In this document: positions 24,435 through 27,165 of the stretch, piece by piece
Numbering within the stretch: the stretch's first letter is position 1
How the letters are laid out: every line of letters begins with the position of its first letter
Virus record (IMG/VR): IMGVR_UViG_3300025084_000172
Location: 1 to 27,165 of that record
Length of the DNA stretch: 27,165 nucleotides
Strand: one strand, 5' to 3'
Origin: a virus
Taxonomy: Duplodnaviria; Caudoviricetes
The notes under the pieces: model-generated
The model's database searches: none
What the model was told of the DNA's origin: nothing
The model's input: the letters and a program-made list of their open reading frames with translations, nothing else
Translations under genes and position numbers: made by a program

Positions 24435-24712
24435 TAGAATATTGGGCGTGTTCTGGTTGTTGCTACTGCGTTGTTATCATACATCTTGACCACTAGAGAA
24501 AGGATCTCCAGCCTGTCGTGGTTTGAAATGGTTCTGTTTCCAGACATGCTCTGACCGTTTACCGTGCTGCTCGTTAGCTCAAACGACTTCGACGGGTCTA
24601 TGGCAATTGATAATGCAAGCGCTTTCTGCTCTGTTCTAATCTGCACTTCCGCCGCTTTGTCTGTGGCTAATGCTGTGTAGATTGATCTCGCCGTGTTGAA
24701 TATCGAAGTCAC
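24434..24712 (-). CDS. gpW-like head completion protein (likely GTG start at 24712)
   Basis: Lies between terL and the portal gene; SSTVNGQS motif; the ORF-track start at 24760 would span the late motif. Confidence 0.6.
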   Translation of the reverse strand: MTSIFNTARSIYTALATDKAAEVQIRTEQKALALSIAIDPSKSFELTSSTVNGQSMSGNRTISNHDRLEILSLVVKMYDNNAVATTRTRPIF

Positions 24713-24734
24713 GAAAGCTATCACCGCGCACAGT

Positions 24735-24748
24735 TGTCCGAATGTCAA
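24735..24748 (-). promoter_or_regulatory. Putative late promoter motif TTGACATTCGGACA (copy 4)
   Basis: Just after the terL stop, upstream of the gpW-like and portal genes. Confidence 0.7.
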
Positions 24749-24763
24749 ACAATGCTTCATGTG

Positions 24764-26476
24764 CTAGTCTCCAAAGATTCCCCAGACAAGAGCGGCTGCA
24801 ACGTTGTAGACCTCGCAATCCCATAGATGGTTTTGTCTGCTCTTTTGTTCCCAGTAACCAACTATGTTTTTACTTTTTCCGTGTGGTCCTTCCTTTCTGA
24901 CTTCTGCTCTCATGTGGTTTCTGTAAACCTTGGACACGTCGGGCGCAATAGTCCACTCAAGACCGCCCCCGTTCATCAGACGCCACAAAACATCCTTAAT
25001 CGGGTTGGTTGCTATCTCGATATAGCGGCATCGTGAACCGTCATCGCCAACTGTGTATTTCGTCCGCGAATACAGGCGCTCTTCCATTGCGCCTCCTTTA
25101 ATCGGGTGCTGATAGCTTCTCACCTGTCCGTTACCACGTATTCCCCACCAACCGTTTCTGGCACACAGCTCTGCGGTTTTAGACCACTCAAAGCCGATGT
25201 CAACAAACACATGATGATTTTCAACGCCATACTGCTCTTGTAGCTCCCTCATGCGGATCTCGTCGCTTGTTGACGGTATGTAACCTTCCCATAGAAGTTC
25301 ACTTGACTTGCCGCCACTCCACGCCCTAATAGCACCCCAGAAATGGTCGCCTCCTTTGTCGCAGGTAAAGAAACGGACGCTTTCGTCTGGTATCTTCTCT
25401 TTCGGGTCACGGTCTTTGATTGCTGAGTGTGAAACCTTCATTTCGTTTCTCTCGATGCCGAGGTCGTCGCTCCACGGGATGCAGTCGTCGGCTTGCAGCA
25501 TCTGACGGTATGCTGTAACGTCTCCGATGTCTAGCTTACGCTTGGCTTCTAGTAGCTTTAAGACGTAGTTCTTCCAAGGTATCCACCAGATGCCCAGACG
25601 ATGCATTCTAAAGCCTCTGTGGTCATCCAAGCCCGTATCACTCTCCGCGATATATTCCGCGCTGTTGGTTAAGTCTCGGCGCTCCTGTGGCGTGTCCTTG
25701 TAGACCTCTCCGCACAATGGACAGACAACTCTTGCTGTATCTGCTGTAGCTTGGAAGTCTATCCCGTCTCCAATCTTGGCAACGTCATAGGCAACGACAG
25801 ATCTATCGTATTTAACAAAGTCTCCGCATCCTCGGCATTTAAACGACCATGAAGCCTTATCTGTCTTGTTCCATTCTACGTCTAGATCATCCTCTGTGTA
25901 GCCTGCTTGGGAGACAAGAAAAACCTTTCTGTTCCACCGGTCATGGTGCCGCTTCATGAAGTAGCCAACAAGCCCCGCCTTCCATTGCCAGACCTCGTCG
26001 GCGTATAGATAACGACAAGACTTCTCTTGAAACGAGGAGATGTTAGCGCCACTGGCGACAAGCGGCATATGAGGAAATAGAATTTCAGTTGACCTCGATT
26101 TGTGCCTGTCAGATGACCATAGCTTGTCAATGTGCTTGCAACTCTTGAGCGCTGGTATGAGCCTTGTTTCCGCCCAAAACTTCGCCGTTGCGTCTGTCTG
26201 CGATGCGTAAAGAAAGCTGCCAGGATTCTCTGACACTACCCAAGGAATATACCCCTCCGCCATTGTCGACTTACCGCAACCAGTCGGAGCTAGAAACACA
26301 ATGTTTCGAGTGCGTGCGTCTGCTCCACACTCCATCGGTGCGCGTAGCCAAGGTGTCTGCTTAATATCGAATCGGCTAGACCTTTCCGAGCCTTGGAGCT
26401 GAACGTTCTTACTTGCCCAGTCTGGCGGGCTTAGTTTTGATGGTGGTCTTATGCCTAGTCTGAATGCGTCGCTCAT
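24764..26476 (-). CDS. terL: Terminase large subunit (lambda GpA family)
   Basis: TPWL, Walker A APTGCGKST, Walker B YLYADE, CRGC/CPLC Zn finger, TCD and NHLWDCEVY nuclease motifs. Confidence 0.92.
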   Translation of the reverse strand: MSDAFRLGIRPPSKLSPPDWASKNVQLQGSERSSRFDIKQTPWLRAPMECGADARTRNIVFLAPTGCGKSTMAEGYIPWVVSENPGSFLYASQTDATAKFWAETRLIPALKSCKHIDKLWSSDRHKSRSTEILFPHMPLVASGANISSFQEKSCRYLYADEVWQWKAGLVGYFMKRHHDRWNRKVFLVSQAGYTEDDLDVEWNKTDKASWSFKCRGCGDFVKYDRSVVAYDVAKIGDGIDFQATADTARVVCPLCGEVYKDTPQERRDLTNSAEYIAESDTGLDDHRGFRMHRLGIWWIPWKNYVLKLLEAKRKLDIGDVTAYRQMLQADDCIPWSDDLGIERNEMKVSHSAIKDRDPKEKIPDESVRFFTCDKGGDHFWGAIRAWSGGKSSELLWEGYIPSTSDEIRMRELQEQYGVENHHVFVDIGFEWSKTAELCARNGWWGIRGNGQVRSYQHPIKGGAMEERLYSRTKYTVGDDGSRCRYIEIATNPIKDVLWRLMNGGGLEWTIAPDVSKVYRNHMRAEVRKEGPHGKSKNIVGYWEQKSRQNHLWDCEVYNVAAALVWGIFGD

Positions 26477-26570
26477 CGATTTTCTTGGTTTTGAATATGT
26501 TGTCGTAGTTGCTGCGAAACTTTTCCAAGTCCGCTCCTTTTCTTAGCTTGTCTCCTTTTCCTGCGCTCAT
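26409..26570 (-). CDS. Small conserved phage protein (GKGD...NYD.IF type)
   Basis: MSAGKGDKLRKGADLEKFRSNYDNIFK; ATGA-coupled to terS and overlapping the terL start. Confidence 0.55.
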   Translation of the reverse strand: MSAGKGDKLRKGADLEKFRSNYDNIFKTKKIDERRIQTRHKTTIKTKPARLGK

Positions 26571-27091
26571 GGTCTTTCTTTTCCTTTCCAAAATTCACTT
26601 TGTTTCTCTGCTAGCATGGCGGCAATCTCTGCCCATCTCTTAGCCATTACTTCCTGCATGTCTGGTTCTGATAAGCCCGTCAGTTCTGGCGCCCAGTCGT
26701 TTACAATCTTAGCCCCCGCCGCACCCACCGCAGCGCCTATCCTTGTGTCACGCTCGTTAATTTCATCAAGAGGAATCAGTTTGCCTTGTTCTTTTTCAAC
26801 CTTGATTGTCTTCTGTAACAGCGTCGCCTTGGAGTCTAGAATCTTTAGGTCGTCGATGTTGGTTGCCCTCATTCCAGCCGCGCGGATCTGGTCAACGGTC
26901 ATCCCTTCGTCGATCGAGTTAGCGGCACCCTTTGAAAGCTCCGCACCGGGTTTGATTCTGTGTCGTTTTTTAGCCAGTTCAGCCTTAACGATTTTGTCGT
27001 CATAGACGTTCACGCCCTTTGAAGACAGCTTCTTTACGACATCAATCGTGATCCCGTGATGCTTTGCAATCTCTCTGTGTGTCCTTGCCAT
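26567..27091 (-). CDS. terS: Terminase small subunit (Nu1-like)
   Basis: N-terminal HTH (THREIAKHHGIT), coiled coil with EQGKLIP, upstream of terL. Confidence 0.75.
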   Translation of the reverse strand: MARTHREIAKHHGITIDVVKKLSSKGVNVYDDKIVKAELAKKRHRIKPGAELSKGAANSIDEGMTVDQIRAAGMRATNIDDLKILDSKATLLQKTIKVEKEQGKLIPLDEINERDTRIGAAVGAAGAKIVNDWAPELTGLSEPDMQEVMAKRWAEIAAMLAEKQSEFWKGKERP

Positions 27092-27165
27092 TTTAGTATT
27101 TGTTGAGTCTCAATAACGGTGCCATAACTGCAAGTTAGTTGCATAAAAAAGTATCGGGAGACCGT

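Noticed and set aside
27092-27165. cos/pac site upstream of terS (dyad TGCAA-N5-TTGCA at 27129-27143)
   Set aside because: The position is plausible but the window ends here and the dyad is short; it cannot be supported without read-end data.
1-27165. Stop-codon reassignment, tRNA/rRNA genes, integrase or host flanks
   Set aside because: Genes are full length and densely packed under the standard code with TAA, TAG and TGA all used as stops; I recognised no cloverleaf, rRNA, integrase or bacterial housekeeping gene.

Overview
A 27 kb segment of a tailed dsDNA phage genome with lambda-like siphovirus architecture. All credible genes are on the minus strand. Reading from the right end: terminase small and large (GpA-like) subunits, a gpW-like protein, a lambda-type portal, an S49 protease, scaffold, major capsid and head-tail connectors. 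These are followed by a tail tube, tail chaperones with a GGGAAAG -1 frameshift, a very short tape measure protein, tail tip/fibre genes including a LamG protein, and a four-gene lysis cassette. An early region follows, with small paralogous ORFs, a secreted SHD1-domain protein (suggesting a Verrucomicrobia/Planctomycetes host), an SSB/SSAP-like protein, a RecE-like exonuclease and two further nucleases. The window ends with a DNA-modification block and the 5' end of a replication initiator. The most striking feature is that block: a TAGT/GREB1-like glycosyltransferase with a small partner, and an amino-methyltransferase with an atypical DPNY motif, each sit directly behind a near-identical 274-bp repeat carrying the same small ORF. 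A third 24-bp copy of the junction closes the block, so it looks like a repeat-delimited, swappable DNA-modification array. Also seen: a perfectly conserved 14-bp putative late-promoter motif (TTGACATTCGGACA, 4 copies), two matching early promoters, and a fibre gene bounded by exact 14-bp direct repeats at its gene junctions. All family assignments come from motif recognition by eye; no database searches were run.
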